Shown here piece after piece: positions 62,725 through 64,000 of a stretch of DNA of 64,000 bases. Position numbers and translations under genes: made by a program. This DNA comes from Perna viridis. Its lineage: Eukaryota. The notes beneath the pieces were generated by a model. It ran no database searches. It was not told where the DNA came from and worked only from the letters and a program-made list of their open reading frames with translations. Each line of letters begins with the position of its first letter. The first letter of the stretch is position 1. The stretch lies in contig CM074513.1 in NCBI GenBank assembly GCA_037379345.1, forward strand, positions 24,304,001-24,368,000, read 5' to 3'.

Positions 62725-64000
62725 TCCCCCACATTGACAGAAACGCCTGTGATCTACTCTCTACAAGTTCAATAACCTCAAGTTGCTATTTCGGCAGTTT
62801 ACGGGGGTATAGAATCTAAATTCAATAATACGCGAGTTTCAAAGTACAAATCTATGTCACAATAATTTCGTTTGATACCTGTATCACAAGGACGAAACAA
62901 ACAAATGAAAAGGTGCTGCTGCTGAACAGGGAAAGTAATAAACTTCCCGCCGATTTTTTTCAAATTAAATTTAGCTAAACGGGGGGTCAAATTCGAGACT
63001 ACCTTTGGATAAATTTGTATAGTTCGCCAATATACCTGCTTTCTGAATTTTCTGTTCTCAAATATATTGGTACAGAGAAAAACAATCATGTTAAGTTATT
63101 TATATTTACTTTTTAGATAAATAAAATCCTGGTCCCAAGTGCTGGTGTCTGGTAAACAGTTCTCCGTTTTATCATTGTAATAAATTTTTTACCAATGCTG
63201 AATACTTTAACAATTGCGCTCAAAATTCTAGAAATAAAACCTCCAGATAACAAATTTTACAATCGAATCATAGTACTAAAATTCCCGATGTTGAGAACAT
63301 TGACCTTAAATGTAGTTCAACATGACAAGTTCAGAAAGGTGTTAATATTTGATAGAAACCAGATTTAAAAAAAAATGATTCATTTGACCAGGGACTTAAT
63401 GTCACACTCCCTGATTTGACAATAGAAGTGTTTTTATAGGCGCTCATCATTTGGAAATAATTTTACTAACGGTCTACTTCAAATCACCCCACTTTTTTTC
63501 AACCTTCAAATTCTAAAGAAATTGATATTTAAATAAATCGGGAATGGGCTTTGTGTATGTGAAATAAAAAACCTGACAAAAATCCACATTCTGACCTCTT
63601 GAGCGACGCATGCCCGAACTGTGCAATCTTGAAGACTTTTTCGTTAATTATCATTTGAAAAAGTGGGATATACATACGTTTGCATAAAAATAAGCCTCTA
63701 TGAATTATCACTCATATGCGCCAGTGTCATGCTTGCGCCAAGTAATTAAAGATCAACCGAATCGACAGATAAGAGATTTAATAAAAAATGCATATGAACT
63801 GCAGCATCGTGAATTGAAATAATTTGATCAAAAACTAAATTGTGAAATGCAGACAGTGTAATAAAGAAAAGAATATATGAGTACAGGTTCACAGAGAGCA
63901 GCTCTCCGTAGATGTCGAAAATTAAACTTATCAACTGTTTTAAAGTTTTGGTACGAAAAGTAGTACATTTTGTTTATATGTTATAGAATTTTTTTAATTT

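Overview
AT-rich eukaryotic (metazoan) genomic DNA. The repeat landscape suggests a bivalve mollusc, possibly Mytilus-like (inference). Positions ~336-59117 hold ONE giant minus-strand gene that the ORF track fragments. By hand I traced 72 GT-AG exons whose intron phases all match. They sum to ~16,647 nt (~5,550 aa) with no in-frame stop and stay open at both ends (no start or stop exon found). The product is Met/Cys-rich with many N-glycosylation sequons, so probably extracellular. It has ~54 copies of a ~70-90 aa six-Cys, probably helical module (C-x7-C-x~16-25-C-x8-C-x7-C-x~20-25-C), whose Cys spacing resembles neuritin, the RGM N-domain and DUF19. The modules form 11 blocks and 4 super-repeats (A-D), punctuated by one WAP domain, two Ly6/uPAR three-finger domains, microexon linkers, Met/Asp-rich inserts and furin-type sites. 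Introns carry several MITE families, LINE 3' fragments, Helentron/HINE-like elements and minisatellites. I found no prokaryotic features, RNA genes or CRISPR arrays.
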